Origin: an uncultured Bacteroidales bacterium
GTDB lineage: Bacteria; Bacteroidota; Bacteroidia; Bacteroidales; JAIORY01
Length of the DNA stretch: 64,000 nucleotides
NCBI GenBank assembly: GCA_964404485.1
Contig: CAYOKJ010000001.1
Coordinates: 10,064 to 74,063, forward strand
Direction: 5' to 3'
The notes under the pieces were generated by a model that saw only the letters and a list, made by a program, of their open reading frames with translations, did not search any database and was not told the origin of the DNA. A program made the position numbers and the translations under genes. Positions 1 to 9,020 of the stretch are shown here, one piece after another (within the stretch, counting starts at the first letter, position 1; each line of letters starts with the position of its first letter).

Positions 1-320
1 AAATTAACTTCATCGTATGAATAATACACATAACAAAGTTCTAAGCCATCATCAGTATCAAAAGTATGATTAGTAACATATTTTAAATCATAAAGATATT
101 GCCCATCAGGAACCTCAAGGTAAATGCTGGCATAGAGGGTATGGTCGAGATTATAAACTTTACACATATTGTTTAAATCATCCATTTCATAATATTTATA
201 ACCTTCGCCATCAATCAGTGTTATTGATGAACTATTATTATAAACTTGTTCAAGTTCTATCTGAGCTTGAATTGAAGTAAATGTTAAAATCGTAATAATT
301 AGAATTAATGCTTTTTTCAT
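1..320 (-). CDS. hypothetical secreted protein, N-terminal part only (gene runs off the left edge)
   Basis: My own translation of the minus strand from ATG at 320..318 gives MKKALILIITILTFTSIQAQIELEQVYNN..., open to position 1. N-terminus looks like a signal peptide. Absent from the ORF track because it is truncated. Confidence 0.5.
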   Translation of the reverse strand, partial: MKKALILIITILTFTSIQAQIELEQVYNNSSSITLIDGEGYKYYEMDDLNNMCKVYNLDHTLYASIYLEVPDGQYLYDLKYVTNHTFDTDDGLELCYVYYSYDEVN

Positions 321-438
321 TTTGAAGTAATATTTATTAATAATTAATTGTAAAATTATATTTTAGTTTACAAAGTACAGAAATTTAAAATTTTAAATAG
401 TTACAAAATTCAATATTTGTTTTATAAAATTCTATGGT

Positions 439-1467
439 CTATAAAAACATGTTTTTCTTAGTTCTTTTAATTTTATATTTGTTATAAACAAAAGCCATAA
501 AAGATATTAAAGCTAATATTACTAAAAACCAAAGTTCAGAGTAAAATAAGCTTTGTGTTCGATAAATAGCAGTTGCTATGTTTCCAATAATTATCCATTG
601 TAAAATATAAACCACAGTAATATTTCGACCCAAAAATCTGATATATTTATCAATGATATTTTTATGAATTTTATTGTAAAATTTGTTTGTGAACAAGACT
701 ATCGTCAACAAAAATGAAACTGCCCACAAAAAGAAAAATAAATTATGATGATAATATTCTGATAAATTAATGCTAATCTTAAATCCAAATAATATTCCGC
801 CAACAATAGCAATAACAGTAATACTAAGCATTAAAACATGAATTAAATTAATTTTGTTTGCATACATTTTCTTTGCATAAAAGAAAGCCACACCAATTAA
901 AGTGTATGAAAACCATGGAAACACAGGAAAATATGACCAATGATAAGTTCCCCAGAAAAATGCCTGCAGATATTTTATTGCCTGGTAATCAGTTTTAATA
1001 TCCTGCAAATACGAACCTATTAAAGCAATTAAAATTGCAATTGCAAAATATTGTAAAGATGTTTTTACACGCAATTTTATTAATAATGATAATAAAATTA
1101 AACTAAGTCCTGCAGAGGGCAAAATATCAACACTAAAAACATATGGCCATGGATTAATCTGAAATGTGCCATTTATTATTTTTATCAGAAGATGAAAGTT
1201 TAATCCAATGTTTAACAAAAAACCTATTATTATCAATTTTATTCCACGTATGGCAATATATGCTGAATTCTTTCCTGTATATATTATAAAGTATCCCATT
1301 AATGCCATAAATAAAGGAGCAACAGGAACACCTCCCAAAAACAATGATATTTTTCCCGGGATACTGTAATACACCTGTGATTTTGCAAATAATTCAGTTA
1401 TATGAATCTGCATCATAAAAAAGATTGCAACCCCTTTTAAAAAATCAGGTATGGGCTCTCGGTTCAT
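439..1467 (-). CDS. polytopic membrane protein, DUF1624 / heparan-alpha-glucosaminide N-acetyltransferase-like acyltransferase family
   Basis: 342 aa and about 10 hydrophobic helices. The N-terminal IPDFLKGVAIFFMMQIH resembles the D-x-x-RG...H start of the DUF1624 family. Confidence 0.55.
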   Translation of the reverse strand: MNREPIPDFLKGVAIFFMMQIHITELFAKSQVYYSIPGKISLFLGGVPVAPLFMALMGYFIIYTGKNSAYIAIRGIKLIIIGFLLNIGLNFHLLIKIINGTFQINPWPYVFSVDILPSAGLSLILLSLLIKLRVKTSLQYFAIAILIALIGSYLQDIKTDYQAIKYLQAFFWGTYHWSYFPVFPWFSYTLIGVAFFYAKKMYANKINLIHVLMLSITVIAIVGGILFGFKISINLSEYYHHNLFFFLWAVSFLLTIVLFTNKFYNKIHKNIIDKYIRFLGRNITVVYILQWIIIGNIATAIYRTQSLFYSELWFLVILALISFMAFVYNKYKIKRTKKNMFL

Positions 1468-1620
1468 TTATCTTTATTCAAGTTAATTATAAATTATTTT
1501 AAAATATAAACACTAAAATAACGCTAGATCATTTATTAAAGTTTATAATATTTTCGGAAAAGATTATAAAATTCGCTAAAATAATTGTTTAAAAACGAGA
1601 AAATTATTAGTAATGATTAA

Positions 1621-2220
1621 TTATTCACTAAGTTTTTCAAGTGGTATTCTTAAATGATAATTTTCTTTTTTATATTCGGAAACGGTTATTCCTGTGATAC
1701 TTTTAAATTGTGTTGAAAGATATTGAACACTACTATATTCCATTTGAAAAGCAATTTCGCTAAGTGTTAATTCATCATTTTCCAATAATTCTTTTACTTT
1801 TTCTATTTTATTAAGTATGATATATTTTTCAAGAGTTATATTCTCATAATTTGAAAAGACAGCTGATAAATGCTGATATGAATATGCCAGTTTATCAACA
1901 AGATAATCTGAATTTCGAATAATAGAACTTTTATATCCTGAGTAATGAATTAATTCGATAACAGCAATTTTAATTTTTTCAATTAGCTGTTGATCTTTAT
2001 CTTTAATTACAGGAAATCCAATAGTATTAAAAATATTAACAATTGCTTCCTCTTTAATTTTAGTTTCATCCCAGCTTAAGCGAACTTCACCAAGAATAAT
2101 ATGCCCAATTTCCACCTTAATATTTTGTAGTTGCAATCTAATAAGCTTAAAACAACATGAACTATTCATGTTTTTCAGATAAAAGATTTTAGTTTTTATG
2201 GTATTGGGTTTTTCGTTCAA
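1621..2220 (-). CDS. AraC family transcriptional regulator
   Basis: C-terminal AraC HTH (LTLSEIAFQMEYSSVQYLSTQFKSITGITVSEYKK). The N-terminal ~70 aa has a beta-alpha-beta-beta-alpha-beta (HMA-like) pattern with a degenerate metal motif (MNSSCC). TTG start. Confidence 0.8.
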   Translation of the reverse strand: MNEKPNTIKTKIFYLKNMNSSCCFKLIRLQLQNIKVEIGHIILGEVRLSWDETKIKEEAIVNIFNTIGFPVIKDKDQQLIEKIKIAVIELIHYSGYKSSIIRNSDYLVDKLAYSYQHLSAVFSNYENITLEKYIILNKIEKVKELLENDELTLSEIAFQMEYSSVQYLSTQFKSITGITVSEYKKENYHLRIPLEKLSE

Positions 2221-2293
2221 ATTCTTAATTATTTAATTACTAAATATTCAAAATTCAAAAAAAATAACGTTTAAAATATTTTTTATCAATCCT

Positions 2294-2926
2294 TTAAAAC
2301 TCAAAAATAACTCTTGCTATTAAAAATAAGCCGAAAAGAACCAAACCAACACCTGCTGCTTTATTAATAATATTCATAATTTTTGGGGTCAGGAATTTTT
2401 TAATTTTATAGGAGCCAAAGCATTTAAGAATATCGGTTAGTAAAACTGTGAGTAAAGTAGTGGCAAAAAACAACACAAGAAAAGAAACATCATCGCTATA
2501 TTTTGCAGTAACTCCAACAACAACTCCCATCCAAAAAATCCAAACAAAAGGATTAGCAATATTTAGAAAAAACCCTTTTAAAAAATATGTTATTGGGTTT
2601 GGTTTATTATGAAATTCCTTAGCATTTTCATCATGCATTTTAACTTTTCGGGTATAAGTAACAATCCCAAAAATAATAAGAATTGCCCCACTGGCTATTC
2701 CAAAAGCTAAATGATTAGCAGGTTCGTTAATAATGTTTATTGCCCCAAGGAAACTTAATGTTACTAATGTAACATCACTTAAAAATATACCTATTGCAAG
2801 AATAACTCCCGACCAGAATCCTCTGTGCATACTTGTTTGAATAATTGCAAAAAATGCAGGTCCAAAACCAAAAAATATTGCAAGAGTAAAACCAAGAATT
2901 ACGCCTTCATAAATTGGAGTTATCAT
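2294..2926 (-). CDS. LysE family translocator (amino-acid exporter)
   Basis: 210 aa with 5-6 TM helices and LysE/RhtB-like motifs (FGFGPAFF, NIANPFVWIFW). Confidence 0.8.
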   Translation of the reverse strand: MITPIYEGVILGFTLAIFFGFGPAFFAIIQTSMHRGFWSGVILAIGIFLSDVTLVTLSFLGAINIINEPANHLAFGIASGAILIIFGIVTYTRKVKMHDENAKEFHNKPNPITYFLKGFFLNIANPFVWIFWMGVVVGVTAKYSDDVSFLVLFFATTLLTVLLTDILKCFGSYKIKKFLTPKIMNIINKAAGVGLVLFGLFLIARVIFEF

Positions 2927-3060
2927 ATTTTTTTGTAAAAGTTATATTTTATTATTTACTAAAGAATGCCTAAAGTTTGGAGTGCCTAAAATGCCTAATC
3001 CCGATAGCTATCGGGATAGCTTTATGCCAAATTATTATAAAAATGGCAAGTATTTTATCA

Positions 3061-3094
3061 ACTTTAGTTCACTCTAAACTTTAGTTCACTCTAA
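3061..3094. repeat. perfect 17-bp tandem duplication (ACTTTAGTTCACTCTAA x2)
   Basis: Read directly: 3061-3077 equals 3078-3094. Lies immediately 3' of the GH3 stop codon on the minus strand. Confidence 0.9.
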
Positions 3095-3098
3095 GTAC

Positions 3099-4640
3099 TT
3101 ATTTATTCTCCTGATACTTCTCAAGATATTCTTCCCACTCAGTTAATTTTTCGTTTTTCATTACCCTTGGAAATTTGTTAGCTCCACCAACTTTTCCATG
3201 TTCTTCCATCCAATTATAAAAAACCTCTGATGGATATATTTCAACAAAAACTTCTTTAATTGCTTCTAATCTTTCTACTCTGTAATCATCATTGAGTATA
3301 TTCAGGTATTTATCAATTTTATTTCGAGCTACTTCAGGATCAATTTTATCATTAGTACCGAGAAACCATTTATGAGCAAATAAAGAATCATGACTTATAC
3401 CACCAACAGTAAACTCAGTAATTTCAACATTAAGCTCATCTTGTAGCATTTTTACTGCTCTATTCATATTTTCCTGTGAAAGATGCTCTCCACAAATACT
3501 CAAAAAATGTTTTGTTCGTCCGGTAATTATTATCTCGTAGTATTCTTTTGAAACAAATTTTATTGTATCACCAATTAAATACCGCCATGCTCCGGCACAT
3601 GTTGAAAGCATTACCGCATATTCTTTATTTTCTTCAACTTCGTCGATAGTAAACGTTTCAGGATTGCTTTTAATATTTCCTTCTGAATCAAAATTGTCAT
3701 CATTAAAAGGAACAAATTCATAAAATAAACCATTGTCAACCACAATTTGCATATTTCGATTATTTGGTTGCATCTGAAAAGCAATAAATCCTTCCGAAGC
3801 CAGATAAGACTCATTATAACGAATTGGTCTTGCCAATAATTTTTCGAAACTTTTGATGTATGGATCAAATGCTACACCACTATGAACATATACTGACAAA
3901 TTTGGCCAGATATCGTGAATAGTATCAACATTATAATATTCTATAATTTTTTCCATAATTATCTGTATCCATGCAGGAACTCCAACAATTACTCCAATAT
4001 CCCAGTTTTTGGCATTTTTAACAATTTCATCAAGTTTTGTTTGCCAATTACGTTCTTTCGAAATTCGCCTTCCTGGCTTATAAAAATGTTGAAACCAAAA
4101 TGGAATATTTCCAGCTGAGATACCAGAAAGATCACCTTCATAATAAGTTCCGTTATAATTCAAATGAGTGCTTCCTCCAATCATTAATATTCCTTTGTGA
4201 TAAAAATCTAATGGAAAATCATAGCGAACCATAGAAACCAATTGCCTGATGCTGGTTCTCTTAATTGCACGTATCATGTCTGAAGTTACGGGAATTTGTT
4301 TACTCGAAGCTTCTGATGTACCGGAAGTTAATGCAAAATATTTTACTTTGCCCGGCCAGCTAACGTAAGATTCACCGTTAAGTGCACGATACCACCAATT
4401 TTGAAACATTGAATTATAATCGAAAACAGGAACACTCTCTTTAAAAGCTTTTATCTTACAATCGCTGTTTAATATTTCATGGAACTTATAGTGTTCACCA
4501 AATGCAGTATATTGAGCTTTCCGGAGTAGTTTTATTAACACTTTTTCCTGAGCTTTAAAACTATTCTTTTTGCTCTTTTTTTCAATTGGGAAATTCCGCA
4601 ATTCGTAAGCTTTTTTTATTATCGACCCTATTATTGGCAT
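3099..4640 (-). CDS. GH3 auxin-responsive-promoter family protein (acyl-adenylate-forming enzyme superfamily)
   Basis: 513 aa. The N-terminus (...QEKVLIKLLRKAQYTAFGEHYKF) and TSGTS motif are typical of bacterial GH3 homologues common in Bacteroidota. Confidence 0.8.
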   Translation of the reverse strand: MPIIGSIIKKAYELRNFPIEKKSKKNSFKAQEKVLIKLLRKAQYTAFGEHYKFHEILNSDCKIKAFKESVPVFDYNSMFQNWWYRALNGESYVSWPGKVKYFALTSGTSEASSKQIPVTSDMIRAIKRTSIRQLVSMVRYDFPLDFYHKGILMIGGSTHLNYNGTYYEGDLSGISAGNIPFWFQHFYKPGRRISKERNWQTKLDEIVKNAKNWDIGVIVGVPAWIQIIMEKIIEYYNVDTIHDIWPNLSVYVHSGVAFDPYIKSFEKLLARPIRYNESYLASEGFIAFQMQPNNRNMQIVVDNGLFYEFVPFNDDNFDSEGNIKSNPETFTIDEVEENKEYAVMLSTCAGAWRYLIGDTIKFVSKEYYEIIITGRTKHFLSICGEHLSQENMNRAVKMLQDELNVEITEFTVGGISHDSLFAHKWFLGTNDKIDPEVARNKIDKYLNILNDDYRVERLEAIKEVFVEIYPSEVFYNWMEEHGKVGGANKFPRVMKNEKLTEWEEYLEKYQENK

Positions 4641-4767
4641 AAATTGACACTTGTTTTTTGGAAGGTGTAAATTTAATAAATTTTTAGTTATTTTTATATA
4701 TTAATATAGTTCTACTGAAATTTAAATGGTAACATTATTTTATGATTCAACTAATAAATTAATTTAT

Positions 4768-4807
4768 AATGATTAAATGATTGAATAATTAAATGATTAA
4801 ATGATTA
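4768..4807. repeat. octamer tandem array AATGATTA x5 (slightly degenerate)
   Basis: Units at 4768, 4776, 4784, 4792 and 4800. An inverted copy, CATTTAATCATTT, sits near 4888-4900. Located in the divergent GH3/EEP intergenic region. Confidence 0.8.
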
Positions 4808-4919
4808 AATCTTTGATAATAAATAGCTTAAAAATTATGACATTGGTTTTTTTCATTTGAAAACTTTTTTTATTTTAGCATTCTAACATTTAATCATTTT
4901 CGCATTTGTTAATACTTGT

Positions 4920-5996
4920 ATGAAAATAAAACTACTAAGATTTTTTAAATTTTTGGGAATAATTATTTCCGTTATTATTGTTTTGCTTGTAAGCTTTGTG
5001 GCTTATATTTCTATCACAGATTATAAGCCTGCCAAAATGGAAAATGTTTCGTTAAACGGAAATAAATCTGAAAACATTTCTATGCCGGAAGAACTTTCTT
5101 TTATTAGCTGGAATATTGGTTATTGCGGTCTTGGCGAAGATATGGATTTCTTTTATGAAGGCGGAAAAATGGTCAGACCTGATGAAAATAATTTTAATAA
5201 ATACCTTAACGGGATTGAAAAGGTTCTAAAATCAGTTGATAGTGTTGATTTTGTTCTTTTGCAGGAAGTTGATGAATATTCGAAAAGAAGTTATTACATT
5301 GATCAAACTAAAATATTATCTTCTATTTTTTCGGGATATACTTCAATAATGGTAAAAAATTACGATGTTAAGTTTGTCCCTGTCCCACTTACTTCACCCA
5401 TGGGAAGAGTGAAAGGAGGAATAATGACTTTGTCGAAATATAATCCAGCTGAAGCAATACGTTTTGCTTATCCATTAATTACTTCGTGGCCAAATAGCCT
5501 TTTTATGTTAGACAGATGTTTTCTGGTTTATAAATTTAAGCTTAAAAACAAAAAAGAATTAATTGTAGTTAATACACACAACTCGTTTTTTGTTAAAAAA
5601 GAAGGTCCAAGAAATGCCGAATTAAATGTCTTGAAAAATTACCTGCTCAAAGAATCGGCGAAAGGAAATTATATAATTTGCGGTGGCGACTGGAATCAAA
5701 ACCCACCAAACTTCGAAACTGATAAATTCTTATCGGGAGATGTTTTTGAAAAGACTTTTATGCAAATAAAAAAAGATTTTATGCCTGAAGATTGGACATG
5801 GGCGTATGATTCTGATTATCCGACTAACCGCAATGTTCAGTCTCCATATACAAAAGGCAAAACAAAAACCACGCTTATCGACTATTTTCTTACTTCACCA
5901 AATATTGAAGTATTGGAAGTAAAAACCATCCCGATTGATTTTGAATTTTCCGATCATCAACCGGTTTATATGAGGGTAAAAATGAGAATGGAATAA
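4920..5996 (+). CDS. endonuclease/exonuclease/phosphatase (EEP) family protein with an N-terminal membrane anchor
   Basis: 358 aa. N-terminal TM helix, then SWNIGYCG, LLQEVD, VNTH, GGDWN and SDHQP motifs typical of the EEP fold. Confidence 0.75.
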   Translation: MKIKLLRFFKFLGIIISVIIVLLVSFVAYISITDYKPAKMENVSLNGNKSENISMPEELSFISWNIGYCGLGEDMDFFYEGGKMVRPDENNFNKYLNGIEKVLKSVDSVDFVLLQEVDEYSKRSYYIDQTKILSSIFSGYTSIMVKNYDVKFVPVPLTSPMGRVKGGIMTLSKYNPAEAIRFAYPLITSWPNSLFMLDRCFLVYKFKLKNKKELIVVNTHNSFFVKKEGPRNAELNVLKNYLLKESAKGNYIICGGDWNQNPPNFETDKFLSGDVFEKTFMQIKKDFMPEDWTWAYDSDYPTNRNVQSPYTKGKTKTTLIDYFLTSPNIEVLEVKTIPIDFEFSDHQPVYMRVKMRME

Positions 5997-6015
5997 TGGA
6001 ATATCCACACGGATT

Positions 6016-6052
6016 CCCCCTTCCCAACCTTCCCCCAAAAGGGGAAGGAGTT
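6016..6052. repeat. GC-rich palindromic intergenic element, copy 1
   Basis: CCCCCTTCCCAACCTTCCCCCAAAAGGGGAAGGAGTT. An 8-bp stem (6028-6035 / 6041-6048). Shares its 5' 21 nt and 3' GAAGGAGTT with the inverted copy at 60164-60215. Confidence 0.8.
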
Positions 6053-6305
6053 ACATTGAGTAAGATTTCTAACTTATTGTTCTTCGTATTTCTTTGAATA
6101 ACATTTTTATTAATCTCTAATTCTATTTTATGTTTATTCGAGCATTCGCAGCTATTTATTTTATTTGCGGATTTTTGATGTCCTTTAAGGGAAGTTCTAA
6201 AAATAGTGAAGTTCGAGGCACAAGAAATTTTAACACCGGAGTCCGTACGGATGAGGATTTTAAAATTTTGAAGCAACGAAGAAATTTGCATTTTTAGAAC
6301 CTCCC

Positions 6306-7433
6306 TTAAACAAAAAACATCTCCGCAGCAATCCCATCAGCAAATAGCTTTCCATCTTCGCTTAAAACAAAAGAATTTTCGTTTTTAATCATCATTTTTT
6401 TTGCAAGATATTTTTCTGATGATTTAATAAAAAACTCCAAATATTTTTCTCCAAAATTATTTTTTATATGTCTGGTATCGCAACCCCAAATTGTTCGTAG
6501 TGCTGTTAAAACGTATTCGTTATATTGTTGGTCTTTTGTAAGAATTTCCTTTTCAAAAATAATATTATTGTTGTTTATTAATTCTATATATTTTGTGATA
6601 TTCGAAATATTCCACTGTCGTGAAATGCCATTAAAAGAATGAGCCGAAGGTCCAAATCCAAGGTAGTTTTTGCCAAGCCAGTAATTGGTGTTATGTTTAG
6701 AAAAATATCCTTTTTTGGCAAAATTTGAAATTTCGTAATGAATAAAATTATAATTTTTGCTTCTGTCAAGTAGAATTTTATACTGTTCAATACTTTTATT
6801 TTCATCGGGTTGACTGAGTTTTTGTTTTTTTATTTGATGATGAAGAATAGTTTTTCGTTCAACAGTAAGCGAGTAGGCGGAGAGATGTGGAATACGAAAA
6901 GAAAAAAACTTTTCAAGGTTTTGTTCCCACATTTTATTTGTTGAAGTAGGAATTCCATAAATAAGATCAATGGTTAAATTTTCGAAGCCTGAATCTTGCA
7001 GATACTTTAAGGCATTTTCGGCCTGGTCTGTATCATGAGTTCTGTCTAAATAATTTAAATCTTCTTGAAAAAAAGATTGTATTCCAATGCTAAGACGATT
7101 AACAGAAGATTTTTTTAGTTCATTTATTTTTTGTTTACTCAAATCATCAGGATTGCTTTCGAGAGTAATTTCAGGATTATTAATGATGTTGTAAAACTTA
7201 TGTAGCTGCTCAATAATTACTGAGATTTCTGAAACCGACAATAAAGAAGGTGTTCCTCCTCCAAAATAAATTGTGTTAATAAGTTCGTTTTTTAGATAAT
7301 CTCTTTGAGTTTCAATTTCAATTTTCAGAGACTCCAAAAAAGCATTTTTGTGTTTCAAAGAAGCTACAGAAAAGAAATTGCAATAATTGCATTTCTTTTT
7401 ACAGAACGGAATATGAATATAAATACCTGCCAT
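6306..7433 (-). CDS. hemW: radical SAM family heme chaperone HemW (oxygen-independent coproporphyrinogen oxidase-like)
   Basis: 375 aa. Starts MAGIYIHIPFCKKKCNYCNF (CxxxCxxC radical SAM motif). HemN_C-like C-terminus. Confidence 0.85.
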   Translation of the reverse strand: MAGIYIHIPFCKKKCNYCNFFSVASLKHKNAFLESLKIEIETQRDYLKNELINTIYFGGGTPSLLSVSEISVIIEQLHKFYNIINNPEITLESNPDDLSKQKINELKKSSVNRLSIGIQSFFQEDLNYLDRTHDTDQAENALKYLQDSGFENLTIDLIYGIPTSTNKMWEQNLEKFFSFRIPHLSAYSLTVERKTILHHQIKKQKLSQPDENKSIEQYKILLDRSKNYNFIHYEISNFAKKGYFSKHNTNYWLGKNYLGFGPSAHSFNGISRQWNISNITKYIELINNNNIIFEKEILTKDQQYNEYVLTALRTIWGCDTRHIKNNFGEKYLEFFIKSSEKYLAKKMMIKNENSFVLSEDGKLFADGIAAEMFFV

Positions 7434-7562
7434 TGTTTGTTTTTCAAAATTACATTTAATTTATGGATAGGAGCATTTAAAGTGACTTAAGATGAAGATG
7501 CCTTAAGTTTGGTAATTTGGAGTATTTTTGTGAAAATTTATAAAATCATCTACTCTCATTAA

Positions 7563-8956
7563 ATGAAAATAAAATCATCAATAGAAGAAATAATCCAAAA
7601 ACAAAGCGAATATTTTAAAACAGGAGTTACAAGACCTGTTTCTTTCAGAATCAGGCAATTAAAAATATTAAAAGAGCTGATTAAAGAAAATGAAAAAGCT
7701 ATTTCCGGGGCACTTTTTGCTGATTTCAAAAAATGTGAATTTGAAAGTTTTGCCACAGAAATTGGAATGGTTTTACTTGATATTTCTCATACAATCAAAC
7801 ATCTTAAAAAATGGGCAAGACCAAAACATATAAGAGCAAGCCTTGCAAATTTTCCAAGCAGCGATAGTATTCATTTCGATCCTTATGGAGTTTGTCTTAT
7901 TATTTCTCCATGGAATTATCCTTTTCAGTTATTGATTGGTCCAATGATTGGAGCTATTAGTGGCGGAAATACAATTGTTATTAAACCGTCAGAACTAACT
8001 CCCAACACAAGTAAGTTGATGAATGAAATTATTTCCGGCAACTTTAAAAAAGAATATATTTCTGTTGTTGAGGGTGGGGTAGAAGAAACAACTTTATTAC
8101 TTAAACAAAAATTTGATAAAATATTTTTTACAGGAAGTGTTTCTGTTGGAAGAATAGTTAATCAGGCAGCTGCAAAAAATCTTATTCCTGTTACTTTGGA
8201 ATTAGGAGGAAAAAGTCCGTGTATTGTTGACGAAACTGCAAAACTTAAACTAACTGCAAAAAGAATTGCCTGGGGAAAATTTCTTAATGCAGGACAAACC
8301 TGCATTGCTCCCGACTATATTTATATTCATGAAAATGTAAAAAACAGTTTATTGAACACCTTAAACAAGCAATAAAAAATCTTTATGGTGATGATCCGAA
8401 AAGATCAGAAGACTTTCCACGGATTATTAATGAAAGAAATTATAATCGTTTGTCAGAGATGATAAACCCGGATAAATTAATTATTGGAGGAGAAACCAGC
8501 AAAGATGAGCTGTACATTGCTCCAAGTGTTTTGACAAATGTAAGTTGGGAAGATAAAGTTATGGAAGATGAAATTTTCGGTCCTATATTACCTATGCTTT
8601 CTTTTAATAATCTTGAAGATGTTATCAACGAATTAAATAAACATCCTGAACCACTGGCGATGTATATTTTCAGTCATAATAAAAAGCAAGTTAAACAGCT
8701 TATAGAAAATACATCTTCGGGTGGTTTTTGTGTAAACGAAACTGTTTCGCATTTTGTAAATCTTAATATGCCTTTTGGTGGAGTTGGAAACAGCGGAATT
8801 GGAAATTATCATGGGAAGTATAGTTTCAGGTGTTTTACTCACGAGAAAAGTGTGTTAAAGAAATCTACTAAATTTGATCTTGCTTTGCGTTATCCACCAT
8901 ATAAAACCAAGGTAAAAATTTTACGAAGAGTTTATAAAATTTTACAGAGTTTATAA
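7563..8956 (+). pseudogene. aldehyde dehydrogenase (ALDH3-like) interrupted by a frameshift at an A6 run
   Basis: ORFs 7563..8375 and 8450..8956 are the two halves of one ALDH (LELGGKSP, AGQTCIAPDY, PFGGVGNSGIGNYHG). The +2 frame from 8348 continues FIEHLKQAIKNLYGDDPKRSEDFPRIINERNYNRLSEM. Confidence 0.8.
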
Positions 8957-8962
8957 AAGAAA

Positions 8963-8997
8963 AAGGCTTATGAAAAATATTTTCACAAGCCTTTTTT
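8963..8997. terminator. bidirectional rho-independent terminator between convergent genes
   Basis: A 14-bp stem (AAGGCTTATGAAAA / TTTTCACAAGCCTT, one mismatch) with a 3-nt loop. An A-run lies upstream and a T-run downstream. Confidence 0.6.
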
Positions 8998-9020
8998 CAT
9001 TATAAAAAATTATAAAATTA

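Noticed and set aside
5890-6291. 133-aa minus-strand ORF in the EEP/hemW intergenic region
   Set aside because: It runs through the GC-rich palindromic element (translating as ...SPFGGRLGRGNPCG...) and overlaps the 3' end of the EEP gene. It has no start context and its composition is atypical. Most likely a repeat-induced false ORF.
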